The notes under the pieces were generated by a model. It was not told the DNA's origin and ran no database searches. It saw only the letters and a program-made list of their open reading frames with translations. From a virus, in the IMG/VR virus record IMGVR_UViG_3300020215_000025: a stretch of 43,575 nt of DNA; one strand, 5' to 3'. Below are positions 30,798-38,896 of this stretch, piece after piece. Position 1 is the stretch's first letter, and every line of letters starts with the position of its first letter. Position numbers and translations under genes: made by a program.

Positions 30798-31250
30798 TTA
30801 CGCCCTCTGTTTTAATGCCTGGTTAGGAACGTCTGAAGGGTCTCCGAAATCACCGTAACGATGTTGACCTTTTCCGGAACGATCTTCTCCACCGGCAACT
30901 TCTTTAATTGATTTCTTGCGAGAAGGATTCTTGTGCTGATTTACAACTTCAGCTTTTTTTTCAGCCTCTTCTTCAATCTTCTTAGTTTCAACACCGTGCA
31001 TAACGCTCAAATATTCATCAACAGACTTAAATCCCAATTCACGCGATTGCCGAATCAGATCTGGATTCATGCGAAAATCCTGACCAAGATATTCCACGCC
31101 TTCTTGCTCTAAAATTTCTTGCGCTGCTCGGTCTGGACCTTCGTAAACAGGCTTACGACCAGCGGATTGATCTTCTATTGTGAAGTTCGGATTAACTGCA
31201 AACTCTTTTGCCGGAAACCATTTACCGCCTTTAGAAATCCATGTAGGCAT
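30798..31250 (-). CDS. Hypothetical protein (150 aa)
   Basis: Track ORF; charged C-terminal half. Confidence 0.55.
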   Translation of the reverse strand: MPTWISKGGKWFPAKEFAVNPNFTIEDQSAGRKPVYEGPDRAAQEILEQEGVEYLGQDFRMNPDLIRQSRELGFKSVDEYLSVMHGVETKKIEEEAEKKAEVVNQHKNPSRKKSIKEVAGGEDRSGKGQHRYGDFGDPSDVPNQALKQRA

Positions 31251-31266
31251 TTATTTCTCCTTTTAT

Positions 31267-31623
31267 TTATGGCAGAATCACTGCGATTGCGGTGCAACGA
31301 GCTGTTGCTTGCGTTGTAGCTGCGCCGTCAACGGTTACGTTAAGAACAGTGTTTGCGGACAAGTCGTAGCCTTCGTCTCCAAAGTCCACCAAGTAAACTC
31401 CAACCGCATCTGCATCAGCTTCAAAGAAGCGAGTTCCGCCAGCTCCATCTTCAAGAGCAACTTCACCGCCTCCTCCAACCGCCGCGACCGTTACTTGCAC
31501 GATTGCTTTCTTGATGCGCAGCTTTTTTTCAGCTCCAGGCGCAGCAATAACCGAAGCGTCAACTGCTCCGTTGGCTGCCTCTGCTGTTCCCTGCTGCTTC
31601 TTATAAATCTCAACTCCTTGCAT
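31267..31623 (-). CDS. Small A/G/V-rich beta protein (118 aa)
   Basis: Track ORF directly downstream of the glycosyltransferase block. Confidence 0.5.
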   Translation of the reverse strand: MQGVEIYKKQQGTAEAANGAVDASVIAAPGAEKKLRIKKAIVQVTVAAVGGGGEVALEDGAGGTRFFEADADAVGVYLVDFGDEGYDLSANTVLNVTVDGAATTQATARCTAIAVILP

Positions 31624-32638
31624 GAATAGCCTCCTTGATTAGTCCATTCGCTTTGGCTTGATTAAACATTTCGAGAACTCTGTGATAAATTGTGTGTTTC
31701 TGCATGGCGTATTCATATCCACATTTCGCAATCGCTTCTCTCTCTTCTTCGTGCTCCAGGTAATAGCGAACCTTCAGAACAAGATCGTCTAAGTTGTCGT
31801 AAAGAACGCAGTGTTTACGGTCAACGAAGATGTCTTCAATGGAGGAGATGCGGTCAGTCATGAGGAAATTGCCGGAACCCATAATTTCGAAGCAGCGCAT
31901 ATTGACATCATCTTTCATGGCTACATTGAACGAGATGCGTGACTTTGCGAAAATCTCACTAGCGGCTTCAAATCTGCGTTGCCCAAAGAAAAAGTTTGGA
32001 AATTCTCGGAAAAGACGGTCCAAGGATTCCAAGCGATTCTCCGAATTGACATGACCCACGAACGCGACATCATATTTCTTTGAAGCCATGTTGAATTTAG
32101 GATAGGCCAAGGGCTCGAAAGCGTGAGGCAGCCAGTAGACGGGAGCAGTCAAGCCGTCTTGTTTCATACGCTCAACCGCATCCTTCTGAGCGCAGAATAC
32201 GAGATCAGATTTCTTTGCGACGCTTAGGCGATAGTCATAGCCCAAATGAGTATCTGACGCCCAATAAACGATTGGAGCACCTGACGGGAATGAGCATTCA
32301 TAGGGCAGGACTCCTGTTAGTCCGTCTTCTCCCCAATCAACCCAAACGTGCATATCAAACTGACCATATTGCTTGAATTCATTTCCTTGAGGACGCAGAT
32401 GCACAACTTCAATGCCGTCTGAATCTAAGTTCTCAAGAATCCATTTCGCCATTTCTTCAGCGCGCGGGTCTAATAGATTCTTGGAGTTTGGGAAGGCTCG
32501 AATCAGAGACTTGTTCTGGTTTCGGCGCAGCATTACGTCGCAGAAATGTTGTGTGCGTTGCAAGAACGAATCGACGTAAAGCGGATTTCCGTCATTTCTG
32601 CCAAGTTGAGACTCATACCAAACGGCTATTCTGAGCAT
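31610..32638 (-). CDS. Glycosyltransferase, CgeB/Glyco_trans_1_2-like
   Basis: C-terminal FNVAMKDDVNMRCFEIMGSGNFLMTD...YDNLDDLVLKVRYYLEHEEEREAIAKCGYEYAMQKHT is typical of this family; ATG 32638 after GGAGAGGAAG. Confidence 0.7.
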   Translation of the reverse strand: MLRIAVWYESQLGRNDGNPLYVDSFLQRTQHFCDVMLRRNQNKSLIRAFPNSKNLLDPRAEEMAKWILENLDSDGIEVVHLRPQGNEFKQYGQFDMHVWVDWGEDGLTGVLPYECSFPSGAPIVYWASDTHLGYDYRLSVAKKSDLVFCAQKDAVERMKQDGLTAPVYWLPHAFEPLAYPKFNMASKKYDVAFVGHVNSENRLESLDRLFREFPNFFFGQRRFEAASEIFAKSRISFNVAMKDDVNMRCFEIMGSGNFLMTDRISSIEDIFVDRKHCVLYDNLDDLVLKVRYYLEHEEEREAIAKCGYEYAMQKHTIYHRVLEMFNQAKANGLIKEAIHARS

Positions 32639-33936
32639 GTTACTTCCTCTCCGGTTGTTGAGACCCATGTGGAAGGACACGAAATATCAACCTGCTTCTC
32701 AAAGCAGGACACGAAACTGATTCCGTTCCCTGTCGATTGCGCAAATGTTTGACTAAGCCCAAGCGTTTCAGCGATTGATTTAAGACTCGACATCGTGAAA
32801 GCGTGAAGGTGATCGAAGGAAAGCGGAATCCCAGATGTTACTTCCTCATCAGGACAAGCGATAATTAGCTTTCCTCCAGGACGGAGAGCTTTCATCCAGT
32901 TACGAAGTGTTTCTACAGGGTTGATGATGTGTTCAAGAATATGCCGCGCAATCACGACATCAAATGAGGAATCCTTTACCGGAAGCGGTTTTGAGACATC
33001 GGCCACCATATCAGCTACAGAGCGTTCATTTGAGTATGGGAGAAGCGGAATCTTTTCGCCTTTTGGAACACGATCAATTCCAACAGACTGCTCAACTGTT
33101 TTGCGAAATCCGCAGCCAAGTTCAAGGACTTTATCTTCAGGCGTTACGAGGGAGCGAATTAAGTTTCCTTCAATGTCTTCTGGAACTGTGTTCATATTGC
33201 AATAAGTTATGAGCTGCTGCGAAATAGATGTAAAAAACTCCTTAAAGCCGTGTTTGCGGATAAGCGCTTTGTTTGTGTCTTCACTCATTTCTTTGGAGTT
33301 CCAGCCACCCGCACGATCAGATGTTCCTCGAACACGCTCTCCTGTCTTGAAACCGTGATGAATAATAAAAGCACTTGGGTCAAAAACGAGTCTGTAGCCG
33401 CCTTTACGGAGACGAATAGAGAGATCGAAATCATCACCGCCAGGAAGGGACGCATCAATACCTCCGACCGCATCTAAAGCAGAACGCCTCACAATGACGC
33501 AAAAGAAAATCATCCATCGTAGTTCTGAAAAAGTAACGGGTATATTGGGGTGATAGATTGACTGGAGACCGGCTGCCGTAGTTGTTGATGGACCTACAGC
33601 TCCAACGCTAGGGTCTCTAAAATTACTGAGCAGACGCGAGTAAAAAAGAGCCTGAGACACGACGGGGATGAACGTATCATCATTCTGGAAGCAGACAAAA
33701 GGCGCATCGGACGCTTCAAGCCCGGCTTTAAGACCGCCTTCCCAACCAAGGTTTTGTCCAGTCTTAATAACGCGAAGACCGGGAAACTCCTGAATGGGTT
33801 GATCTCCGTTATTGACAACGATGATTTCTGCAATTCCACTATCAATAACGCTTGTCTTCATGATGGAAGCAATGCACGGATTGAGGAACTGCGGATTATT
33901 CCAAGTCGGGATAATGATAGAAAGAACCGGCTTCAT
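32626..33936 (-). CDS. Bifunctional GT2 glycosyltransferase / class I SAM methyltransferase
   Basis: N-terminal LSIIIPTWNN...FQNDD...GGDDFDLSIRLRKGGYRL (GT-A). C-terminal VLELGCGFRKTV...FDVVIARHILEHI...LRPGGKLII (methyltransferase motifs I and post-I). ATGA coupling at 33936. Confidence 0.8.
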   Translation of the reverse strand: MKPVLSIIIPTWNNPQFLNPCIASIMKTSVIDSGIAEIIVVNNGDQPIQEFPGLRVIKTGQNLGWEGGLKAGLEASDAPFVCFQNDDTFIPVVSQALFYSRLLSNFRDPSVGAVGPSTTTAAGLQSIYHPNIPVTFSELRWMIFFCVIVRRSALDAVGGIDASLPGGDDFDLSIRLRKGGYRLVFDPSAFIIHHGFKTGERVRGTSDRAGGWNSKEMSEDTNKALIRKHGFKEFFTSISQQLITYCNMNTVPEDIEGNLIRSLVTPEDKVLELGCGFRKTVEQSVGIDRVPKGEKIPLLPYSNERSVADMVADVSKPLPVKDSSFDVVIARHILEHIINPVETLRNWMKALRPGGKLIIACPDEEVTSGIPLSFDHLHAFTMSSLKSIAETLGLSQTFAQSTGNGISFVSCFEKQVDISCPSTWVSTTGEEVTCSE

Positions 33937-34706
33937 CCGAGCACCAGATGAGCGGAACCCGCTTCCCACTTCATGGGTTCTCGCTTATGACCCATTGCGT
34001 TAGAGTCTTGATAGTTCATTTCTTTACGCACCTTCTCAACGTAAGCTTCTGTAACTTCTATAGGGTGCGACAAGTGACCAAGCTTCGTTGCTGTGTCCAT
34101 AAACACGCGGAAGCCAGCTTTGCGGGCTTTGTGGCAGAAAAGAACGTCTTCGCCGGTGCCAGAGGAGCACATGAATCGGGGAGCCGGAATTGCGCGAACT
34201 ACCTTCATATTAATAAGGACTGCGCCGAACCCAACCGCATCACATTCGATGAGGCAGTCTTTCGGGTACTTATCTACGTGCCTATTAATGAAGTAGGGAG
34301 TTTGGCTTACGGGGTCCCATCCGTCTTCAATCTCGTAAATGACGGCTTTATGAGGAAAGTTGCGCGTGAAAGCAAGAGGAGCCACCATATCAACCTGGTG
34401 CGCATACAGCCTCTCAAAAAGTTCGTTGGGACAAGTCATATCATCATCAATCATGAAGAGGTAATCGGCTTCGATTTCGAGCGCGAGCTTTGCAGCCTCT
34501 TCACGCGCAAGCGGTGTGAAGATGCGACCTAAATCAATAAAGTGGAATTCAAAACGAGGATTACGTTTCTCTTGAATGCCACGCTCTTGCAGCGTTCCAA
34601 GATAGAAGAAGTTTTCTAAGCGGTTCGTATAGGATTTGCACGGAGGAGAACCCTCGTTCGGAATACAAATCGCTACCTTTACAACCTTTCCTTCTTCTTG
34701 ACTCAC
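33933..34706 (-). CDS. GT2-family glycosyltransferase
   Basis: VAICIPNEG..., DXD region YLFMIDDDMTCP, GEDVLFCHKARKAGFRVFMD. Confidence 0.8.
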   Translation of the reverse strand: MSQEEGKVVKVAICIPNEGSPPCKSYTNRLENFFYLGTLQERGIQEKRNPRFEFHFIDLGRIFTPLAREEAAKLALEIEADYLFMIDDDMTCPNELFERLYAHQVDMVAPLAFTRNFPHKAVIYEIEDGWDPVSQTPYFINRHVDKYPKDCLIECDAVGFGAVLINMKVVRAIPAPRFMCSSGTGEDVLFCHKARKAGFRVFMDTATKLGHLSHPIEVTEAYVEKVRKEMNYQDSNAMGHKREPMKWEAGSAHLVLG

Positions 34707-34933
34707 AATGCCCCCTTAATGATTAGTTCCACTTCATCTCGTTTAATACAAACCGGCTGCCTGACTTTGTGGCCGCCGTGCTTTGGTAAATGCTCAGGAT
34801 TATTCGTAACGATCACACCGCATGTTTCACAGCGATGCACTTGAATCTCTTTCCCATCTATGACAAGGTGGGAGGTTGGAGTAAGTTCAAACTTCACTAC
34901 GTCTTCTTCAGTCCAACCGTCCCACCAGGCCAT
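34703..34933 (-). CDS. Small CxxC protein (76 aa)
   Basis: Track ORF; HRCETCG; coupled to the GT2 gene. Confidence 0.5.
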   Translation of the reverse strand: MAWWDGWTEEDVVKFELTPTSHLVIDGKEIQVHRCETCGVIVTNNPEHLPKHGGHKVRQPVCIKRDEVELIIKGAL

Positions 34934-34943
34934 ATAATTCTCC

Positions 34944-35396
34944 TTAGATTGCGCGCACTAAACCCTTGCAATACGACTGAGCCATAGTCGAAACTGCAAC
35001 GGGAGTGGAAGCTGCAATGACGTAACGATAGAACAGCGTGCTGACCGCTTGATCAGTGAGCGAGCTGAAGAAAGTTCCAGGCACTGCGCCCGGTTTCAAG
35101 AAGTCTCCCGCCGTAATCGTGATGGAGCTGCCAACGTGCGAAATGAGCACAGAGTTAGCAAGACCCCAGCATGTCGCAAATCCGTACCCGTTAATGGGAA
35201 CGTCAGATTCGGACACGCCGATGAAACCTTCTTGATTGGCTGCTGCATATAACACGGCAGACAACGCATCAATGGAAGCGCCAGCTTGGCACCAAGAAAC
35301 GCCCATACCGGTCGTGATAGAGCCACCGCCATCTACGTTTTTGAAGAGGACTTTCACCACTTCGGAGTTAGTACGATTAAGTTGCTGAATCTGCAT
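34944..35396 (-). CDS. Head-associated beta protein (150 aa; decoration or cement candidate)
   Basis: Track ORF two genes downstream of the capsid gene. Confidence 0.5.
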   Translation of the reverse strand: MQIQQLNRTNSEVVKVLFKNVDGGGSITTGMGVSWCQAGASIDALSAVLYAAANQEGFIGVSESDVPINGYGFATCWGLANSVLISHVGSSITITAGDFLKPGAVPGTFFSSLTDQAVSTLFYRYVIAASTPVAVSTMAQSYCKGLVRAI

Positions 35397-35423
35397 TTTG
35401 AATCTCCTTTAGGCTGTAACTTG

Positions 35424-35441
35424 GACGCGGATTACCGCGCC
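35424..35441 (-). other. Intercistronic tetraloop hairpin (RNA-level)
   Basis: Minus strand reads GGCGCGG-TAAT-CCGCGTC; one pair is G-U only on the minus transcript. Confidence 0.35.
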
Positions 35442-35466
35442 TCCAGTCCCAGGCCGATTGATTGAG

Positions 35467-35739
35467 TTATGCGTATGCGATAAGAAATCTTCCGCTACTT
35501 ACCGCGTCATGCGGATAGAAAGTTACGGTCGTCAAAGCGCCAGAGGTTGAAGCTGTCCAGGGAACGCTCGCAAGCTCGCCAGTGACCGAATCCTGCGCTG
35601 AAAACTGAGCGAAATAAACACGCGCTCCGCCCACAGTCACAGTTCCGCTATCATCACCCACCGCGCTTGACCAGTCGCCCGCTAAGAAGTTCAGACTTCC
35701 GCCGCTCTGCTGCTTAACGTTAGAGGTTGCGATTGCCAT
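35467..35739 (-). CDS. Small beta-rich head-associated protein (90 aa)
   Basis: Track ORF immediately downstream of the capsid gene. Confidence 0.5.
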   Translation of the reverse strand: MAIATSNVKQQSGGSLNFLAGDWSSAVGDDSGTVTVGGARVYFAQFSAQDSVTGELASVPWTASTSGALTTVTFYPHDAVSSGRFLIAYA

Positions 35740-35751
35740 TTATGCCTCCTC

Positions 35752-36705
35752 TTACGCTGTGATAGATTGCAGTTTAAATTGACGCCGCCTGTTGTTTGTG
35801 ACAGGTCCGGTTGTACGATGCAGAATGAACGCGACTTTAGCAGTCTGGTTCACAGGCATCATAAACGGAGTCATCGCAAAGTCGGTCTCGCTGTCAACGT
35901 TATAGTCCACATAGTTCATGTTCAGACCGAACCAGAGACCGGAACCGATAAAGTTTCCGTACACGACGGGTGTGCCTTTAAAGGTCAGGTTCTTGAAACC
36001 AGCATTAGCGGTCAGGTTGCCGTTGGAGATGCGCTCCAAAGGAAGCCGGGTCGCTTCAAAACGCTGAAAGTTCGTCTTATTCGTGATGTGGATTGTGACG
36101 TTATCGCTTGTGGCGCTTGATGCGACAGCGTACTCAGCCGTAGCAAGGTCGGTTAAACCCTGAGCTGCGAAAGAGCCTGAAGTCGTCACGGTCGCTTGCC
36201 AGAACGTGTCAGTTCCGCCTGCGATAGTGCCGAAGGTTCCTGTATTGACCATTGTTTCGAGGTCAGCGAGGTTGTTGGCATTAGCAGTCGGAGTGGACAT
36301 GGCTTGCTCTGCGCGTTTCGAAACGGCTAACTCTGCGCGCTGAACCTTCTCGCCAACAAGATCGATGATTTTGTGTTCATCGCCGGAGTTGATGCGTTCC
36401 TCATCGCGGGTTAGCTGAATCGGCTCGTACAGGTTCTGCCAGCGAAACTCAACAAGCGTCTCAGCGTCAGACTGAGTTGTATTCAGCTGAGTTGCGCCGA
36501 GATAGAAACCGCCGTTGTTTTGGTCAGATTTAATGAGCGTGTAGACAACAGATACACCTCCGTTAATGAGGCGCTTGCGTTCATTCAAAATCTTAAGCAC
36601 GACATTAGAGTTGTATACGTTATCCGTCGCTGTCTTCGAGTAATCGGCGATTGAGGTCGCAAGCGACGCATCAATCGTGGACGGGATGAATAATTCGTTT
36701 GCCAT
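35752..36705 (-). CDS. Major capsid protein (317 aa)
   Basis: Position directly after the scaffold gene, size and composition typical of HK97-fold coat proteins; call is mainly by synteny. Confidence 0.7.
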   Translation of the reverse strand: MANELFIPSTIDASLATSIADYSKTATDNVYNSNVVLKILNERKRLINGGVSVVYTLIKSDQNNGGFYLGATQLNTTQSDAETLVEFRWQNLYEPIQLTRDEERINSGDEHKIIDLVGEKVQRAELAVSKRAEQAMSTPTANANNLADLETMVNTGTFGTIAGGTDTFWQATVTTSGSFAAQGLTDLATAEYAVASSATSDNVTIHITNKTNFQRFEATRLPLERISNGNLTANAGFKNLTFKGTPVVYGNFIGSGLWFGLNMNYVDYNVDSETDFAMTPFMMPVNQTAKVAFILHRTTGPVTNNRRRQFKLQSITA

Positions 36706-36717
36706 TGTTTAAAACTC

Positions 36718-37644
36718 CTATTTGCGAGGTAATGCGCCTTGCTTCTGTTTCTGTAGATTAAAGAGAGCGAGACGCTTGAAATAGTTTCGCGGTTGTTCGC
36801 CAGGTTCCATCTTTGGCTTATCTTCCCCTGTCGTAAGACCGTTCGAACCTATTTCGGTTGAACCGTTAAGTTTTTCTTTGAATTGACTTTGACCGTCTTG
36901 TATTCCGAATTGATAGGTGCGTTCCATGTAGCGCTCAAAGTTGAGCCCCTTGTGAACAAGCTCCCTAAGTTTTGCAGTGTCGATTTGACCACGATCAAAA
37001 TCTTCTGCAAACTTATCAATTTGCGTAGGGTCATAGTCGGGATACTTCTCTCTGATTTGATTGTCGAACTGAGCAACCTGCATTTTGTTGTTGGAAGCAA
37101 GTAGGCTGTTAACCTTTCCTTCCAGCTGTTGAAATGCCGCTTTCTCAGTCGGACTTAATGCAGACCATTCCTCAGTTGTACCAGTCCAGTTTCCCGGAGC
37201 CTGGCTCTGAGCAAGAGCCTGTGCGGAAGCAACAAAACGAGGGTCTTGAAGGATTTGCTGCACACGTTCAGGAGACCACTCCTGCTGTCGCGTCAGCTCC
37301 TCAAGGCGTTGCGATACCGCCTTTTCCTTTTCTGCTACTTCCATAAATTTTTTATTGAAACCTTTCTCAAAATGCTTGTAGAGATCTTGAACAACCTTCT
37401 TTGCAACCGGATCTTGAATCTTCTCAATGTCGGAGGAGTTGTAGAGCGTTTCTTCCTGAGCCTGTGATGCAGATTCCTTCTTCTGCTCAGGAGACATGCG
37501 TTTAAGTAAATCGTCAGTCTTGACTGGCGAATGTTTAGTTTCTTGAACGGGCGGCTGCTGATTAGACTGGCTTCCTTGCGTTGGAGCCGCTTGTTGCTTA
37601 GTAGGCTCTTGCGCCGTAGGTTGTGGCACAGTTTGTGATGACAT
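36718..37644 (-). CDS. Scaffolding protein (308 aa)
   Basis: Q/E/K-rich, helical, low-complexity N-terminus; located between portal block and capsid gene; GGAGG upstream. Confidence 0.65.
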   Translation of the reverse strand: MSSQTVPQPTAQEPTKQQAAPTQGSQSNQQPPVQETKHSPVKTDDLLKRMSPEQKKESASQAQEETLYNSSDIEKIQDPVAKKVVQDLYKHFEKGFNKKFMEVAEKEKAVSQRLEELTRQQEWSPERVQQILQDPRFVASAQALAQSQAPGNWTGTTEEWSALSPTEKAAFQQLEGKVNSLLASNNKMQVAQFDNQIREKYPDYDPTQIDKFAEDFDRGQIDTAKLRELVHKGLNFERYMERTYQFGIQDGQSQFKEKLNGSTEIGSNGLTTGEDKPKMEPGEQPRNYFKRLALFNLQKQKQGALPRK

Positions 37645-37759
37645 TGAATCCTCCGGTATTACTTGGTTAATTTATTTTGACCAAAAAAGAAGGCGCAGAA
37701 GAGTTTGGGGTGACTGAAAAGGTTGATGGACCAACCCGTCCCTTATTCCTCTAACTGCG

Positions 37760-37773
37760 CCTAAACGTTTAGG
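37760..37773. promoter_or_regulatory. 14-bp perfect palindrome in the capsid-operon leader
   Basis: CCTAAACGTTTAGG. Confidence 0.4.
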
Positions 37774-37846
37774 GCTTAGCTTTTTTGGTTATCTCAACCT
37801 GTGATCAGCAGGAGAGTTTTACTTCACGAACTACCTTGGTATAGCG

Positions 37847-37918
37847 CGCCGCCTGAAAAGCGGCGGCGTAAAAACAAAAGCATAAAAAGCATAAAAATCA
37901 AAAACGGTTTATAAAGAA
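37847..37918 (-). promoter_or_regulatory. Composite element copy R3 upstream of scaffold/capsid genes
   Basis: Hairpin CGCCGCC-8 nt-GGCGGCG 37847-37868; the reverse complement of 37875-37918 matches 18062-18107 at about 39 of 46 aligned positions. Confidence 0.5.
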
Positions 37919-37925
37919 TAAACCG
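37900..37925 (-). terminator. Candidate intrinsic terminator ending the terL-portal transcription unit
   Basis: Minus strand reads CGGTTTAT-tcttt-ATAAACCG followed by TTTTT. Confidence 0.45.
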
Positions 37926-38020
37926 GCTCGAACGTGCGTCTTACTCCAAATAGCTGTGACGCCTACAGTAACACTTTCCTTCTTCTTCGACTGGAGCTGA
38001 GCACTCCAAACACGCTTTCA

Positions 38021-38275
38021 TTACGGCCTAAACACCTGCTGATACTTGGCAATCTGATCGAGACTCTTCTGCATTGCATACAATGTCTGGTTCTGATCAA
38101 GCGCGCTTACTTGCCGCTCCTTCACAAGCTCCTGAAATATCTCATACGAAATTACCGTCTCAAGCTCAACGCCATCTTTTGTGTAAATAAACGTTGAACC
38201 ATCTTCCTGTTTACAGAAATACTGAATACAGTCTACGCTCAAAGACTCCCCAGGAAGAATTTCGATAAATCTCAT
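38021..38275 (-). CDS. Hypothetical protein (84 aa)
   Basis: Track ORF; ATGA coupling upstream. Confidence 0.55.
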   Translation of the reverse strand: MRFIEILPGESLSVDCIQYFCKQEDGSTFIYTKDGVELETVISYEIFQELVKERQVSALDQNQTLYAMQKSLDQIAKYQQVFRP

Positions 38276-38367
38276 TTAGTTTTCTCGCTCCATCCACACC
38301 TTAAACATTCACCCACCTCTTTACTGTAAGAAAAACTTCCGCAATTCTTACAGATGAAAACAATCAC
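38272..38367 (-). CDS. Possible 31-aa zinc-ribbon peptide (GTG start)
   Basis: VIVFICKNCGSFSYSKEVGECLRCGWSEKTK; overlapping coupling at both ends. Confidence 0.35.
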   Translation of the reverse strand: MIVFICKNCGSFSYSKEVGECLRCGWSEKTK

Positions 38368-38522
38368 ATTCTCCCGGACTTAGGAGCTCCATTAATCTTA
38401 ATTTTCTTAGCAGGAGCCGAGGTAGTAAACGTGTCCGATTTACGATCAAACAGTTTTACGCTTGTTTTAATATTGCGTTCTTTGCTTACCTTCTGTCCGT
38501 TCTTTCCGATAACAAGTGACAT
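38364..38522 (-). CDS. Small basic protein (52 aa)
   Basis: MSLVIGKNGQKVSKERNIKTSVKLFDRK... Confidence 0.4.
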   Translation of the reverse strand: MSLVIGKNGQKVSKERNIKTSVKLFDRKSDTFTTSAPAKKIKINGAPKSGRM

Positions 38523-38524
38523 AA

Positions 38525-38752
38525 TTATTTACCTTTCGTGTTAGAGGTTGTCTTGATGGGTCTTGCTTTATAAACTTTAGGGTCGTAGTGACCATAGAAT
38601 CCACCGTCAATTTTGAGAGGAGGAGTTGCAGTGCCGCCTCCGCTGCCACCCATACCCGCAAGCACAACTTTTCTGACCTGATCACCGCCAAAGAGCTTGT
38701 CTCCGGCTTTGATCGCAGCAATATTTGCAAGCCCTGTTAATAATGCAGACAT
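38525..38752 (-). CDS. Small protein with conserved GFYGHYDPKVYK C-terminal tail (paralog A, 75 aa)
   Basis: Track ORF; tail DGGFYGHYDPKVYKARPIKTTSNTKGK. Confidence 0.6.
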   Translation of the reverse strand: MSALLTGLANIAAIKAGDKLFGGDQVRKVVLAGMGGSGGGTATPPLKIDGGFYGHYDPKVYKARPIKTTSNTKGK

Positions 38753-38755
38753 AAA

Positions 38756-38896
38756 TTACCGTCCCTTTAAGTTAGATTTCGTTTTGATAGGCCGAGACTT
38801 ATACACTTTCGGGTCATAATGCCCGTAAAATCCACTGTCTCTTCTCGGAAGAGGAACCGTATACGCTTTTTTTGAAGATGATTTCTTCATTCTCAT
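38756..38896 (-). CDS. Small basic protein with the same C-terminal tail (paralog B, 46 aa)
   Basis: MRMKKSSSKKAYTVPLPRRDSGFYGHYDPKVYKSRPIKTKSNLKGR; GGAG 9 nt upstream. Confidence 0.55.
   Translation of the reverse strand: MRMKKSSSKKAYTVPLPRRDSGFYGHYDPKVYKSRPIKTKSNLKGR

Noticed and set aside
33948-34532. 194-aa plus-strand ORF, and other long antisense ORFs (19273..19653 +, 25190..25846 +, 27778..28242 +, 35767..36120 +, 42021..42635 -, 9128..9505 -, 8183..8536 +)
   Set aside because: Each lies entirely inside, and antisense or out of frame to, a gene with recognisable domains or strong synteny. Their compositions are R/S/C/L-rich shadow-frame types, and none has an SD.
18062-37918. Invertible 19.8-kb segment bounded by the inverted R2/R3 elements
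   Set aside because: No invertase, integrase or other recombinase is recognisable in the complete genome. Inversion would also put the capsid and tail genes on the plus strand, away from the portal and terminase genes. Shared regulatory function is a simpler explanation.
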